Positions 1 to 9,478 of a stretch of DNA of 41,272 nt are shown here, one piece after another. Both the position numbers and the translations under genes were made by a program. The stretch comes from a virus. Its lineage: Duplodnaviria; Caudoviricetes. The DNA lies in the IMG/VR virus record IMGVR_UViG_3300033475_000686, positions 1 to 41,272 of that record, one strand, 5' to 3'. Each line of letters opens with the position of its first letter. Positions within the stretch are counted from its first letter, which is position 1. The notes below the pieces were generated by a model, which was given only the letters and a program-made list of their open reading frames with translations, ran no database searches and was not told the DNA's origin.

Positions 1-546
1 GAGGAACTCGGCCTTGGCGGTACGGCTGTGATCGCCGAACACACCACGCATGCTCGCCGTTCTCGTCTTGGTGCCGGGAACCTGTACTCCCCTGATCGTC
101 ATGCACAGGTGCTCGGCTTCCATCAGAACGGCGAGGCCCTTCGGGTTGAGCTGCTCCTCGAGGAAGTCGGCGATCTCGACGGTCAGCTCCTCCTGGACGT
201 GAAGGCTCGCCGCGCAGTACTTGACGGCGCGTGCGAACTTGCTGAGGCCTGCGACGAGCTGGTCGGGCACGTAGCCGACGTGCGCGTAGCCGTAGAACGG
301 AACGACATGGTGGTTGCAGAGGCTCACGAACGGGATGTCCCGAACGATCACCATCTCGTCCAGGGCCTTCTCGTTCGGGAAGGTGGTGAACTTGAACTCC
401 GTCGGCGTCGTCAGCTCCTTGAGCATGTCGACAAACCTCTCCGCAGTCCTCGCGCCGTGTGGAGTGGTGTAGTCCAGGTCGGCCGCGTAGGACAGGACGC
501 GCTCGGCATCCTGAACGACTGACGGGTGGTCTTCAGCGAAGGTCAT
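1..546 (-). CDS. folE: GTP cyclohydrolase I (runs off the left edge)
   Basis: Not in the ORF track. Manual translation from ATG 546 gives ...DEMVIVRDIPFVSLCNHHVVPFYGYAHVGYVP...GLSKFAR...VQEELT...EAEHLCMTIRGV...AKAEFL, which are classic FolE motifs. Adjacent to queD and queC. Confidence 0.95.
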   Translation of the reverse strand, partial: MTFAEDHPSVVQDAERVLSYAADLDYTTPHGARTAERFVDMLKELTTPTEFKFTTFPNEKALDEMVIVRDIPFVSLCNHHVVPFYGYAHVGYVPDQLVAGLSKFARAVKYCAASLHVQEELTVEIADFLEEQLNPKGLAVLMEAEHLCMTIRGVQVPGTKTRTASMRGVFGDHSRTAKAEFL

Positions 547-617
547 TTCTTGTCCTTGTCGTTCGGGTCGCCGAGGGCCCAGTTCCATAGCAGAGCCAGG
601 CCCACGACGACAACCAC
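543..617 (-). CDS. tiny membrane peptide (24 aa)
   Basis: GTG overlaps the queD stop and TGA overlaps the folE ATG; MVVVVGLALLWNWALGDPNDKDKK. Confidence 0.45.
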   Translation of the reverse strand: MVVVVGLALLWNWALGDPNDKDKK

Positions 618-1099
618 TAGCGCTGCAACGTGCAAGTCGCCGAGTTAACGTGCGTCTCGTCGACGGTCATGACTACCTGGTAGACATTGAACGGGTACTT
701 CTCGAGTGCCCAGTGCGCCAACCAGCTGGCGATGTTCTCGGTGGTGGGATCTCCCGGAGTCGGGACGAGCCCCGGGAGCTGGTGGGGGCCGTCGGGCAGG
801 GCGTTCTCTTGCGGATTGCTGCTCGGCAAGTAGATGTCACCTGCCCAGGGGTCGTCCTGGTTCAGGAGAAGGTGGTGGTCGAGCTCGGTGTCGAGGTGGC
901 TCCGGAAGATCTTCTTGACATCTCCAAAGTCCAGCCCTTCCAGCATCCCGTGCTGGTTGACCTCGCCGAACAACTCCATGGTCACCCACATGCTGTGACC
1001 GTGGATGTTCTCACACTTGCCCGGCGTCTCGAAGAGCCTGTGGGCTACTTCGATGTTATGCCGGACCTTGATCGTCGCCGTCTCGATCACTGCGTGCAC
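617..1099 (-). CDS. queD: 6-carboxy-5,6,7,8-tetrahydropterin synthase
   Basis: AHRL...KCENIHGHS, LDFG, LDH, PTTENIA and ET motifs. Confidence 0.93.
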   Translation of the reverse strand: MHAVIETATIKVRHNIEVAHRLFETPGKCENIHGHSMWVTMELFGEVNQHGMLEGLDFGDVKKIFRSHLDTELDHHLLLNQDDPWAGDIYLPSSNPQENALPDGPHQLPGLVPTPGDPTTENIASWLAHWALEKYPFNVYQVVMTVDETHVNSATCTLQR

Positions 1100-1208
1100 T
1101 CTCCTTGACGTGTTCGATGATGCCGGCCACAGCAGCCGCGACGATGAAGAGGAACAGGGCGAAGATGGCGAGCTGTGCCAGGATCGTCCAGAAGTGATCC
1201 CACTTCAC
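1056..1208 (-). CDS. small membrane protein
   Basis: GTGA coupling to the queC stop; hydrophobic stretch FWTILAQLAIFALFLFIVAAAVAGII. Confidence 0.5.
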   Translation of the reverse strand: MKWDHFWTILAQLAIFALFLFIVAAAVAGIIEHVKESARSDRDGDDQGPA

Positions 1209-1996
1209 CTCGTAACCGTCTTCCAGTACTCCTTGTCCGAGTACATGGTCGCGTCGACCGGAGACTTGACGTGGCTGTCGTGCAGACGATCCCACCGAGC
1301 CATCGCGCCGTCGATCGCCTCGAGCCGCTCCACGCACGTGCCGCACTTGCCGCAGTGCCACTTCTCGCCCTTGTAGCAGGACCAGGTCTCGTGTAGCGGA
1401 ACGCCGAGCTCGAGGGCCCGGAAGGCGATGTCCTCCTTCGTCTTCCGGACGTACGGGGCGTTGATCTCGAACTGCGGGTCGATGAAGCCCTCGTTGCCCA
1501 CGAGGACGGCGTGCTCGACGGAACGGATGAACGCCGGCCTGCAGTCGGGGTAGATGAAGTGGTCTCCCGCGTGAACGCCCACCATGACGGTGTGGGCCTT
1601 CTGGGCGACCGCGACTCCGCACGCCATCGACATCATGATCATGTTGCGGTTCGGGACGACCGTCGCCGCCATGTTGTCGGCGGCGTAGTGGCCCTCGGGG
1701 ACAGGCAGGTCGGGGAGGGTGATGTTGCCGTCGTTCTTGTCGTTGGCGACGACCCTGCCGGTGGCCGTGAGACTCGACGTGGCGATGAGCTCGGTCAGCC
1801 CGCTGACGGCGACGTTGATCGTCCTGTGCTCGACACCCAGCTTGCGGCAGGTGTTCTTCGCGTACTGGATCTCCTTCGAGTGTCGCTGTCCGTAGTTGAA
1901 CGACAGCGCGAAGCACTCGTACCCTCCGTCGAGTGCGTCGTACAGAAGGGTCGTACTGTCCAGGCCGCCGCTGATGACGACGATGGCTTTACTCAC
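1205..1996 (-). CDS. queC: 7-cyano-7-deazaguanine synthase
   Basis: SGGLDS PP-loop, YGQRHSKE, VPNRN, YPDCRP and the TWSCY...CGKCGTC zinc site. Confidence 0.96.
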   Translation of the reverse strand: MSKAIVVISGGLDSTTLLYDALDGGYECFALSFNYGQRHSKEIQYAKNTCRKLGVEHRTINVAVSGLTELIATSSLTATGRVVANDKNDGNITLPDLPVPEGHYAADNMAATVVPNRNMIMMSMACGVAVAQKAHTVMVGVHAGDHFIYPDCRPAFIRSVEHAVLVGNEGFIDPQFEINAPYVRKTKEDIAFRALELGVPLHETWSCYKGEKWHCGKCGTCVERLEAIDGAMARWDRLHDSHVKSPVDATMYSDKEYWKTVTR

Positions 1997-4194
1997 GATG
2001 CTGCTCCAACTTCCTTAGTGTTCGGATAGAGCATTTCTGCCTTGCCCACCTTGACGCGGTTGACGTGGCCACGCTGCTCGAGTGTGTCCAAGATGGCACT
2101 CATGTCACGTGCCGTGAGGTGGTAGTTCTGCATCAGGCCGGAACGAGAGATCCCACCGGAGCGGTAGATGGCTCGTGTGATGGTCTGCAACTTCTTCTCG
2201 TCCTTGGAGACACCGACGTTGACGATAATCTCCTTGGCATATCCTCGCCATCCCTCCCCGTAGTAGATGGCGTGAATCATGTCCGACTCTTCTACGGTGA
2301 CGAGTTCTCCTCTCTGCTTCGAAGCCGCCAGCAGGCATGCGGCCTTGAGGATGGACTTTCCCAGGCGGTCATAGACTGGAGTGTACACCTCAGGCACGTC
2401 CGACTTAACGCCGGCTTGCATCAGTGCGGACTCCAATGTATTGTACCGCTCCCAGGCTTGGGGTGTCAGGTGCGCTTCACGGATCTTCTTGACGGGCGAA
2501 CCGATCAGCTTGCCGTTGACAGTGACTTGGTCGTACTCGTCGTAGTGTCCCAGGATCTCTGCCAGCTCGCCCTTGATCTCCGAACGCGCACCCCAGTCTC
2601 GGGTTGTCGGAGGACCGAGTGGCTGGATCTTGTCGACGTCCGACTCAGCCGTGATAAAAATGAACCGAGGCAAAAAGCCTGAGGCGACCTGTTCGGTAGT
2701 GAGGATCTCCTGCGTCTTCGACTTGATACCGCCAGTGAACAGGATTAGGCACGGGTTCTTGACGCTGATGGTCTCCTTGCGGAGCAGGCGCTTCTGCTCC
2801 TTGCCGTCGTACAGTTTGGTGAGCATCTCCGGCATGCCCGCCATGTAGTCCCGCTTGACCATCTGCTCCAGGAGTCCGCTGAACTCGTCTCGAAGGAAGA
2901 TGCTCGGACGTCCTGGCCTCGTCGACAAAGCCGTAAACAAACCCTCGAGAGAACCGTCCGTCGCTAGGAGCAACTCCTCGTCCAGTTCTCCCAGCATGTC
3001 CATCGCGATGTCCATACTGGTCGTCTTGCGTGTCAGCGTCGTGTCTGCTAGAATCATGAACCATAGGTTAGGCACCATGACCCCGAACGAGGTCGGCAGC
3101 CTGACGCTACCGGCCAGAACGGATGAGAGGGCAACGAAGGCTCCGGCTTGGTGATACTGTTCAGCAGCATCTCCAAGTCCCGATGCCCAGCGGATATAGC
3201 GCTCGACCCAGCTATCCTGCGCCTCAGCCAGGACTCTCTCATCATCCGTGAGTAGAGGTCCTTCAGGCTCGGGTCGGGCTTTGACGATCTTGCTATTGTT
3301 CTGATGGCGGAAGTAAGCCCGGCAGACGTCCTGCCATAGGTACTTGGCTGCACGGTTACTGTCACCAAAATCTCTGGCAAACTTGTTACACCGGGCTGCC
3401 TTGCTGATGACATAGACGTCCTCTCTGGAAAGGCCACCCTCGAAGAGGATCATCATCAGTGACCAGAGCCGACCTGACCACTGCTTCTCCTGAGGCACCG
3501 AGTCGAACAGGTCGAGCCCGGCCTTGTTGATGAGGAACCGCTTCTGCCGAAGAAGGTCCTCGCCACTGATGTCCGGGAGCTCCTCGGGGAACGGGATCTC
3601 CAGATGCTCGAAGCCGGTGACCTTATCGTAGTGTGCGAATTCCTCAGGTCGGAACTTGCCAGCACCAGTCCGAACGACTCGCACTGTTGCTGGAGGACTG
3701 TACTTCATGTTCGCCGTGTAGGGAACACGAAGCAGCTGAGTCAAGTCCCAGCCAGAGGTGTCCGCACCCTTGTCCTTGAAGTGGTATGCGAGGCGTCGTG
3801 AGATGTCTTCGCCGACGTCCGGGTCCTGGGGGTATTCAAAGCTCCACACGGCTTGGTATCTACCGGGCGAGCTCTCAACGGTGACGGAAGGCTGTACGTC
3901 CAGGTTATCCGGGCTGCACGAGTCGAGGTCCGCCCAGGCACACGTGGCAACCTCGGCGAGTTCCTTTCGTCGCTTGGGCTCTTCAAAGAGCTGCGGACAG
4001 TAGTACGCGTTTCGGTTGATCGGCACATGGTCTAGTACATCAAGCATCTCCTCTTCCTGCTCGGGCCACTGGAAGAAGCGTTCCGTCATCTTCCGTTCAG
4101 TCAGATCAAGGAACGCTAGGCAGGCGTAGCCCCGGCCGCTACCATATACCAACCGAAAGAATGTGCGTCGCACACCTCTAAAGTCCTCGGTCAA
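1993..4194 (-). CDS. DNA primase (RepB-type AEP domain) fused to a DUF3987-like helicase domain
   Basis: N-terminal WADLD, VESSPGRYQAVW and LLRVPYTANMKY; C-terminal RKTT, DGSLEGL, DEF and SGFLPRF. Confidence 0.8.
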   Translation of the reverse strand: MTEDFRGVRRTFFRLVYGSGRGYACLAFLDLTERKMTERFFQWPEQEEEMLDVLDHVPINRNAYYCPQLFEEPKRRKELAEVATCAWADLDSCSPDNLDVQPSVTVESSPGRYQAVWSFEYPQDPDVGEDISRRLAYHFKDKGADTSGWDLTQLLRVPYTANMKYSPPATVRVVRTGAGKFRPEEFAHYDKVTGFEHLEIPFPEELPDISGEDLLRQKRFLINKAGLDLFDSVPQEKQWSGRLWSLMMILFEGGLSREDVYVISKAARCNKFARDFGDSNRAAKYLWQDVCRAYFRHQNNSKIVKARPEPEGPLLTDDERVLAEAQDSWVERYIRWASGLGDAAEQYHQAGAFVALSSVLAGSVRLPTSFGVMVPNLWFMILADTTLTRKTTSMDIAMDMLGELDEELLLATDGSLEGLFTALSTRPGRPSIFLRDEFSGLLEQMVKRDYMAGMPEMLTKLYDGKEQKRLLRKETISVKNPCLILFTGGIKSKTQEILTTEQVASGFLPRFIFITAESDVDKIQPLGPPTTRDWGARSEIKGELAEILGHYDEYDQVTVNGKLIGSPVKKIREAHLTPQAWERYNTLESALMQAGVKSDVPEVYTPVYDRLGKSILKAACLLAASKQRGELVTVEESDMIHAIYYGEGWRGYAKEIIVNVGVSKDEKKLQTITRAIYRSGGISRSGLMQNYHLTARDMSAILDTLEQRGHVNRVKVGKAEMLYPNTKEVGAAS

Positions 4195-4212
4195 CGTACA
4201 CCCGCTTTCTAC

Positions 4213-4332
4213 GAAGGGGAGAGAAGGCCTCCGACTCTGGGTTGTGACGTGCCCAGGTGCCTCGGTGTCGGAGACCTTCTCTCCTTCAGTAACCGCCTCC
4301 GCTTCCCCGCTCTATGAGCCGGAGGCGATTAC
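4213..4332 (-). other. two long intergenic hairpins upstream of the primase gene
   Basis: Stems at 4213-4287 and 4289-4332; their mismatches read as G-U pairs on the minus strand. Confidence 0.6.
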
Positions 4333-4335
4333 GTT

Positions 4336-4872
4336 CTACGGCAGGAGGCTGTCGCTCCCGCTCGACGCGACGGCCGTACCGCCCGGGACACCCTTCCAGG
4401 TGCTGGCCGGGTAGAACTGGCCGATCTGGTTCCGCGCGTCGTACTCCTTCGTCGGGTCGTTCGGGTCCTTGCGGGCCGGCTGGATCTTGACCTTGGCGAC
4501 GATGAGCCGGGACTCGTAGTCGCGCTGCATGATCTCGTCCGGGTTGAAGTTCAGAGCACCCGAGACGTCGTCGCCGAGCGCCTCCATGAAGCCCTTCAGG
4601 TTCCAGAGCGTCTTGGGGTTGGTCGGGAAGAAGGAGTTCCAGAGCTTGCGCTCCGCCACCTTCATCTGCCCGATCATCTCCGGCTGCTGGATGGTGAACT
4701 CGAACTGGACGTTCGGCTGGCCCTTGTTCTCCCCGGACTGGATCTCCTTGACCTCGTAGTCGGTGACGGCGAGCAGGTACTTGCCCGTCGGCACCGGGTC
4801 GAAGTTCTTGGTCTCGACGTTGGTGAAATCGACGCGGAAGCCGGTGGAGCCGTTGTCGCTGAAGTCGCTCAT
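4336..4872 (-). CDS. DUF669-like single-stranded DNA-binding protein
   Basis: VDFTNVE..FDPVPTGKY pattern; sits next to the Sak4-like ATPase; acidic/Pro C-terminal tail. Confidence 0.7.
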   Translation of the reverse strand: MSDFSDNGSTGFRVDFTNVETKNFDPVPTGKYLLAVTDYEVKEIQSGENKGQPNVQFEFTIQQPEMIGQMKVAERKLWNSFFPTNPKTLWNLKGFMEALGDDVSGALNFNPDEIMQRDYESRLIVAKVKIQPARKDPNDPTKEYDARNQIGQFYPASTWKGVPGGTAVASSGSDSLLP

Positions 4873-5675
4873 TCCTCGTTACCTTTTCCCAGGATCGTGT
4901 ACTCGTATATCGTTTGCATCGTTGGCGCCTCCAGAATCATCGGGAGCTTGCCCGACCGGTCCTTCGCCACCGTGTTGTCTGTTGCCGCGGTGAGAAGAAG
5001 GCGCTTCTGAACCGTCTTGTCGTCCTCCTTGACATTCTTGACGTAGTAGTAGACCACTACGTCGAGGAACGCAGCCACCTCGTCGGAGAGCTTTCCCGAG
5101 AGGTAAGGCTTCTTGGAGATCGTCCCTGTTCGCGTGTCCTTGTCAGACTTCGCGAGCGCCGTGAAGATCGAGTTCATCGGCAGGTCTCGGAAGGCACGAA
5201 CGAGCTTCCGGATCTGTTCGATGTTCTTGCCCCACTCGCGCATGGACGGGATGTCGGGATCCCTTCCCGGGTCGGCGGCGACCACTCTCTGCATGATGTT
5301 GTACATGCTGAACTTCTGGATCTCCGTGAGGCTATCCAGAACCACCGTCCGATACTCGGTTCGGCCGGAGTGCAGCTCGTCGTAGACGGCCTGCATCTGA
5401 TCCCAGTTCTCGACGCGAACGACGTTCACATCAGGATGCGTGTTCGCCAGGCTAAGAGTACCTCCTTCGATGTCGATGTGGAGTACTGGCCTCATCTCCG
5501 GCACGGCGTCGGCTGATCCGGAAAGGATCGTCTTGCCGACGCCACTCTCGCCGTAGACGAGGAGGTTCATGGTGGCGAGTCGGTCCTTGACGGGTGCGAC
5601 TCGAAGGCCAGCCAGACTTCCTGGCCGCAGCTTCTCTTTCTCGTTCGGCGGCAGAACGACTGGTGCTGATGTCAA
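4869..5675 (-). CDS. AAA_24 / Sak4-like recombination ATPase
   Basis: Walker A YGESGVGKT, IDIEGG, VVLDSLTE and AKDRSGKLP. Confidence 0.85.
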   Translation of the reverse strand: MTSAPVVLPPNEKEKLRPGSLAGLRVAPVKDRLATMNLLVYGESGVGKTILSGSADAVPEMRPVLHIDIEGGTLSLANTHPDVNVVRVENWDQMQAVYDELHSGRTEYRTVVLDSLTEIQKFSMYNIMQRVVAADPGRDPDIPSMREWGKNIEQIRKLVRAFRDLPMNSIFTALAKSDKDTRTGTISKKPYLSGKLSDEVAAFLDVVVYYYVKNVKEDDKTVQKRLLLTAATDNTVAKDRSGKLPMILEAPTMQTIYEYTILGKGNEE

Positions 5676-6001
5676 GATGCGCTTCCTTCGCCCGTGTGGT
5701 TTTTTGCCTCTTCAGGGGGCCGAATGGACAGCTTCGTCCGTGACGCTTCCATGCTGTGATCGTACAGCACGGTGCCGTGCACAGACATCAGTTCCTCGTC
5801 AGTGAGAACCACCTCTCCCCCGAGCTTCTGGATCAAGGCGGCCATCAGCGGAAGCTCCAAGGCTGACAGCTGCTGGGCTTGTACCTGGGTGAGCAGCTGG
5901 TACGCACTACAGGTGAGGCAGTCGAAGACTTCCGCCACGAAGCACTGACGTCTGTGCTGTCGCAGCTTGTTCATGATCTCTTCGAAGTCTTTCACCTTCA
6001 T
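5672..6001 (-). CDS. hypothetical protein
   Basis: Translationally coupled to both neighbours. Confidence 0.6.
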   Translation of the reverse strand: MKVKDFEEIMNKLRQHRRQCFVAEVFDCLTCSAYQLLTQVQAQQLSALELPLMAALIQKLGGEVVLTDEELMSVHGTVLYDHSMEASRTKLSIRPPEEAKNHTGEGSAS

Positions 6002-6834
6002 GCGCTCAGCATCCAGGTGCTCGGGTCCTGGTAGAGGATCTTGGAAGCCATCTGTGCGGAGGCTTTGGCGTCTGATCCGGACCCTGGCGTAGCAAGCACA
6101 GTTCCCACGGTGTTGTCGAACCAGCAGAACATCTCGGCGTCGTTCTGAAGGCAGTACTGGACCTGGTCGGACATCCAGGTGCCGGTGACCGTTCCGCTCT
6201 TGACGCCGGACTCAGCGACGCCCCACGGAACGTTCTTCAGCTGGGAGTAGTTGATGGCGTAGTCCCAGACAGCGCCCTTAGTCCCCAGGTCGGAGTAGCC
6301 GTCGACGAGGAACAGATCGATCAGCTCCTGTGAGTACCAGGAGTCGAGGATCATGTTGGCGAAGTCGGTTCCGCTGTGCGGCTGGTAGGCCTCCAGGATA
6401 ACGCTGGAGTAGATGTTGAGGCCACCGAAGGACCGGACGAGCTTGAGGAACCGCTCGGTCGCCTTCTGCCACTGGGCGAGCGTGAACGTACCCTGCCTGA
6501 CCTTGCCGTCACCCTCGTGCCACATACCGAGGATGCACCGGTGGTTGGTCGGGATGCTCTGCAGGAAGGACATGAACGCCGAATCGAGTACGCACGTGCC
6601 CATCTTGTCGATGTCAGGCTTGAAGCTGTAGATGCTGACGTAGTTCGACTTGGCGTTGGTCGTGTCGTAGTCGATGTGAGCGTTGCTGGCCGCGAACGTG
6701 GTTGGCACGCCGTAGGTGGACGGGAAGTCGGCCGCGCCCTGGTATGAACGACGAACCGCGAGCGGACCGTAGTTCGTGTTGGCAGTACCGAAGTCACTGC
6801 CTCCCAGGTTCGGCGTGCTAGTTCCCATGAGCAT
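5998..6834 (-). CDS. putative glycoside hydrolase (GH26-like TIM barrel)
   Basis: WHEGD (acid/base-like), VDGY, WGVAESG (nucleophile-like) and CWFD pattern; aromatic-rich. Confidence 0.5.
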   Translation of the reverse strand: MLMGTSTPNLGGSDFGTANTNYGPLAVRRSYQGAADFPSTYGVPTTFAASNAHIDYDTTNAKSNYVSIYSFKPDIDKMGTCVLDSAFMSFLQSIPTNHRCILGMWHEGDGKVRQGTFTLAQWQKATERFLKLVRSFGGLNIYSSVILEAYQPHSGTDFANMILDSWYSQELIDLFLVDGYSDLGTKGAVWDYAINYSQLKNVPWGVAESGVKSGTVTGTWMSDQVQYCLQNDAEMFCWFDNTVGTVLATPGSGSDAKASAQMASKILYQDPSTWMLSA

Positions 6835-7051
6835 TAGGCGCCTCCTTGACTAGTGCTTGGACTCTTACCAGGTTGCCCTGGATGCCCTCGTCCCATCTGA
6901 CGGTGGGCGGATGGTAGTAGATCACCCGGCAGTTACCCTCGACGGCGGTCTTCTTGCACATAGCCCGGAGGCGGCGGTAGACGGCGTTCTCGAAGTCTTC
7001 GTCGAACCACGCTTGCGGGTCCACCCATGTCTGCGCGAACGTTGCCCTCAT
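6818..7051 (-). CDS. hypothetical protein
   Basis: Coupled ORF within the operon. Confidence 0.55.
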   Translation of the reverse strand: MRATFAQTWVDPQAWFDEDFENAVYRRLRAMCKKTAVEGNCRVIYYHPPTVRWDEGIQGNLVRVQALVKEAPNAHGN

Positions 7052-7260
7052 GCGTGTCGACGCTTTGCCTCGTTGTGACAGCCCGAGTTCGGTCTACCGA
7101 AGACTACCTGCTTGCAACCCTCCCCATCGGTGTGCACGTCGACGATGATGTACTCGTGCTCTTCGCCGTTGAAGGTAGCCTTGACTCGTTCTCCTTCATC
7201 GAGCCGGCCCAGCACCTTGACGTCACCGCTCATTGTTGCCCCTGTAGTCTCCGTACTCAC
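7048..7260 (-). CDS. hypothetical protein
   Basis: Coupled ORF; start uncertain. Confidence 0.5.
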   Translation of the reverse strand: MSTETTGATMSGDVKVLGRLDEGERVKATFNGEEHEYIIVDVHTDGEGCKQVVFGRPNSGCHNEAKRRHA

Positions 7261-7314
7261 CCTTGATGTCCCACCCGATGTTGATCCAGATCCATCGGCG
7301 GATACGGAACCAGA

Positions 7315-7491
7315 TCATTCGCCATCCCTTGCGTACCTGTACGCAGCGTCAGCCACTTCCTGAAAAGTCCCCCGGAAGGTTTTCGCCTTGTCTCCTAGCG
7401 AGACATGGAGCGTATAGCTGCCTAGGACAAAGTCTGTAGTAGGGTCCCATCCATTGTCGGTCAGCCACTGCATCTTTTCGCCGGGACCCAT
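7315..7491 (-). CDS. hypothetical protein
   Basis: TAATG coupling to the nuclease stop; begins MGPGEKMQW. Confidence 0.55.
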   Translation of the reverse strand: MGPGEKMQWLTDNGWDPTTDFVLGSYTLHVSLGDKAKTFRGTFQEVADAAYRYARDGE

Positions 7492-8705
7492 TACTCGCCA
7501 CCCTTGCTTTCCGTGCTTGCGCCTCGCACCTGCCTGTACCAGTACGGAGGCTCCTGCTTGAACAGGGTCTTCAACGTGTAGGTGTAGTCCTCGCCTCTGT
7601 TCTTCCCGAGACACGGCTGACGGAAGCCGCAGAACTTACATCCGAAGCGTCCCGAGTTCCGGTAGATGCGAAGGTTGGGATCGATCATGTCAAGGGCTTC
7701 GTTGCCGATGTCGATCCCGATGTTGTCGAGCTGCGTGTCGGTCTTCATGATCTGGAACCGCTGGAAGAACTTCGGACCGTCGTCGCGGAGCCAGGTCAGG
7801 AACTCGTCGTAGTGGCGTCGCCGAAGAGCCTCTGGATCGTTCTCCCGAATGAACGCCAAGTACGTCTGGAAGTCCGTGTCCTGATTCTTGCTGACGCTGT
7901 AGCGACAGCCCTTTCGAATGTTGGCGTTCTCCTTGGGGGCCTGGGGGAAGCCCTTCTTCTGTTCGTGGTAGATGAATCCACGTACAGGAAGACCGAGCAC
8001 CTTCCGTAGGGCCCAGACGTAGGATCCGATCTGATCATCCAGCTCCAGGAACTCCTCGTCGGACGAAAGTTGCCTGGCGGTCTTCCAATCGATGATCCAG
8101 TAGTCACCGGCGGAGTCCTCTCCGAGCGCGTCGATTCGACCGGCATAGGTGACGGGTAGGCCGGGCCAATCGATCTCGTCCTTGAAGGTCAGCTCCGTGC
8201 CCTTCGTGCGGGCATTGAGATTGAACAGGTCCCAGCATCGCCGGCACTTGCACATGAGCGGCTGGCCGGTGTCCGGGTGGAGGATCGGTACCTCGAAGGG
8301 GATCTCGACCTTGATCGGCTTGAACTGCTCGGGATGCTTCGGAAGCTGTTCGCGGTAGTAGTACCGCAGCATGCCCTTGCCGAGCTCTACACGTTCGTCG
8401 TACTCGTCCTGAATCGCGGGCTCAAGGCTGGGCTGGTCGACGTTCTGCAGGTACGTCGCCCTCTGCTTGTTGCACTCGTCGACGAAGGTCTTGACCGCCA
8501 GCTCGCCGACGACCTCCTTGTCGAGATGCCACGTCGTCGGTTCGTACAGTGTCTCCATGCCCTTGTGATAGGCAATGCCGAACTCGAGCGGCGGAGCCAT
8601 CCCTTGGGGAGTCCATCCCTCTTGAAAGTGCCACTGCCATCGGAGGCGGCATCCTTTGAAGGACTTCCTCTCCGATGTGTGAATCTCGTGGCTAAGCTGA
8701 GTCAC
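7491..8705 (-). CDS. PD-(D/E)XK (RecB/Cas4-like) exonuclease
   Basis: SERKSFKGC, GIAYH, GRIDAL, IIDWKT, QxxxY and C-terminal CxxCxxxxxC. Confidence 0.88.
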   Translation of the reverse strand: MTQLSHEIHTSERKSFKGCRLRWQWHFQEGWTPQGMAPPLEFGIAYHKGMETLYEPTTWHLDKEVVGELAVKTFVDECNKQRATYLQNVDQPSLEPAIQDEYDERVELGKGMLRYYYREQLPKHPEQFKPIKVEIPFEVPILHPDTGQPLMCKCRRCWDLFNLNARTKGTELTFKDEIDWPGLPVTYAGRIDALGEDSAGDYWIIDWKTARQLSSDEEFLELDDQIGSYVWALRKVLGLPVRGFIYHEQKKGFPQAPKENANIRKGCRYSVSKNQDTDFQTYLAFIRENDPEALRRRHYDEFLTWLRDDGPKFFQRFQIMKTDTQLDNIGIDIGNEALDMIDPNLRIYRNSGRFGCKFCGFRQPCLGKNRGEDYTYTLKTLFKQEPPYWYRQVRGASTESKGGE

Positions 8706-8741
8706 GTACGCTCCTCTTTGATTTCTTGGGCGTCTTCGTCT

Positions 8742-8771
8742 ATTATATCACGGACGATGAGGACCTCTCAA
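8742..8771 (-). promoter_or_regulatory. sigma70-type promoter P1
   Basis: TTGAGA-18bp-TATAAT upstream of the exonuclease operon. Confidence 0.8.
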
Positions 8772-8958
8772 GAGTCCAACGCGAATTTTCCCTGAGGAAG
8801 TTTTTGGCATCACCTCCAACGCTTGGGACTCTTCCTGACAGGCCAGAAGACCCTCAGGTGCTCGTTGCAGTGGGTGCTGGTGTAGCTGTTGTGGCCGGCC
8901 CGCCACGTACAGCGTACGGGCCGATACCACTTCCACCGCCACGAACGGCAGCGCTTCC

Positions 8959-9321
8959 TCATCCGTGTTCTCCTCGGGCCTTGAGCTTCATGCACTTCGG
9001 CGGTGAGTCGGGCTGCCGCCAGTGAACACACTGACCGACGCAGCAGGGGCACTGGTCCTGGTTGGCCATCGACATCTGGTCGGTGAAGGAGAGCTCGCGC
9101 GTCGGCATCGTGATGTTGTACACACCCTGACCGAAGCAGGTCTCACACTTCCATGCCTTGAGCCCCTTGCCGAGCTTCGGAAGCGGCTCGTTGTATGCGC
9201 GCCACTCCAAGGAGAGGGGACGCTGCCTGTGCAGAAGCTTGCGCAGGGCTACGGCAACGCCTACGGTCCCCGTGCCCATGAAGATCCATCCCCAAACGAC
9301 GTACTCTTGCATTGCGGCCAC
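8959..9321 (-). CDS. membrane-anchored protein with CxxCxG motifs
   Basis: N-terminal TM segment; CETCFGQG and CPCCVG. Confidence 0.55.
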   Translation of the reverse strand: MAAMQEYVVWGWIFMGTGTVGVAVALRKLLHRQRPLSLEWRAYNEPLPKLGKGLKAWKCETCFGQGVYNITMPTRELSFTDQMSMANQDQCPCCVGQCVHWRQPDSPPKCMKLKARGEHG

Positions 9322-9340
9322 CCTTTCTTGTTTCTGCCAC

Positions 9341-9473
9341 TAGGGCACATGCTGACATCCTGTTACCTGTGCGACACGGGGCACAACCGTGTTCCACATT
9401 GAAGTGAGCCCAGGGCTGACCAGGACATTACTGCCTCACGGTGCCAGCATGCACCCTAACCGCAGAAGCGGTT
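9341..9473 (-). ncRNA. candidate structured cis-element or small RNA
   Basis: 17-bp closing helix 9341-9357/9442-9458 with 3 G-U pairs on the minus strand, enclosing sub-helices. Confidence 0.5.
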
Positions 9474-9478
9474 GGTCA

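Noticed and set aside
4238-4256. GUCACAACCC loop resembling twister ribozyme L4
   Set aside because: The remaining twister elements and pseudoknot partners were not found.
7491-8705. Cas4-like nuclease as a sign of CRISPR
   Set aside because: No repeat-spacer array or other cas genes are present. Its context (Sak4-like ATPase, SSB) is the usual phage recombination module.
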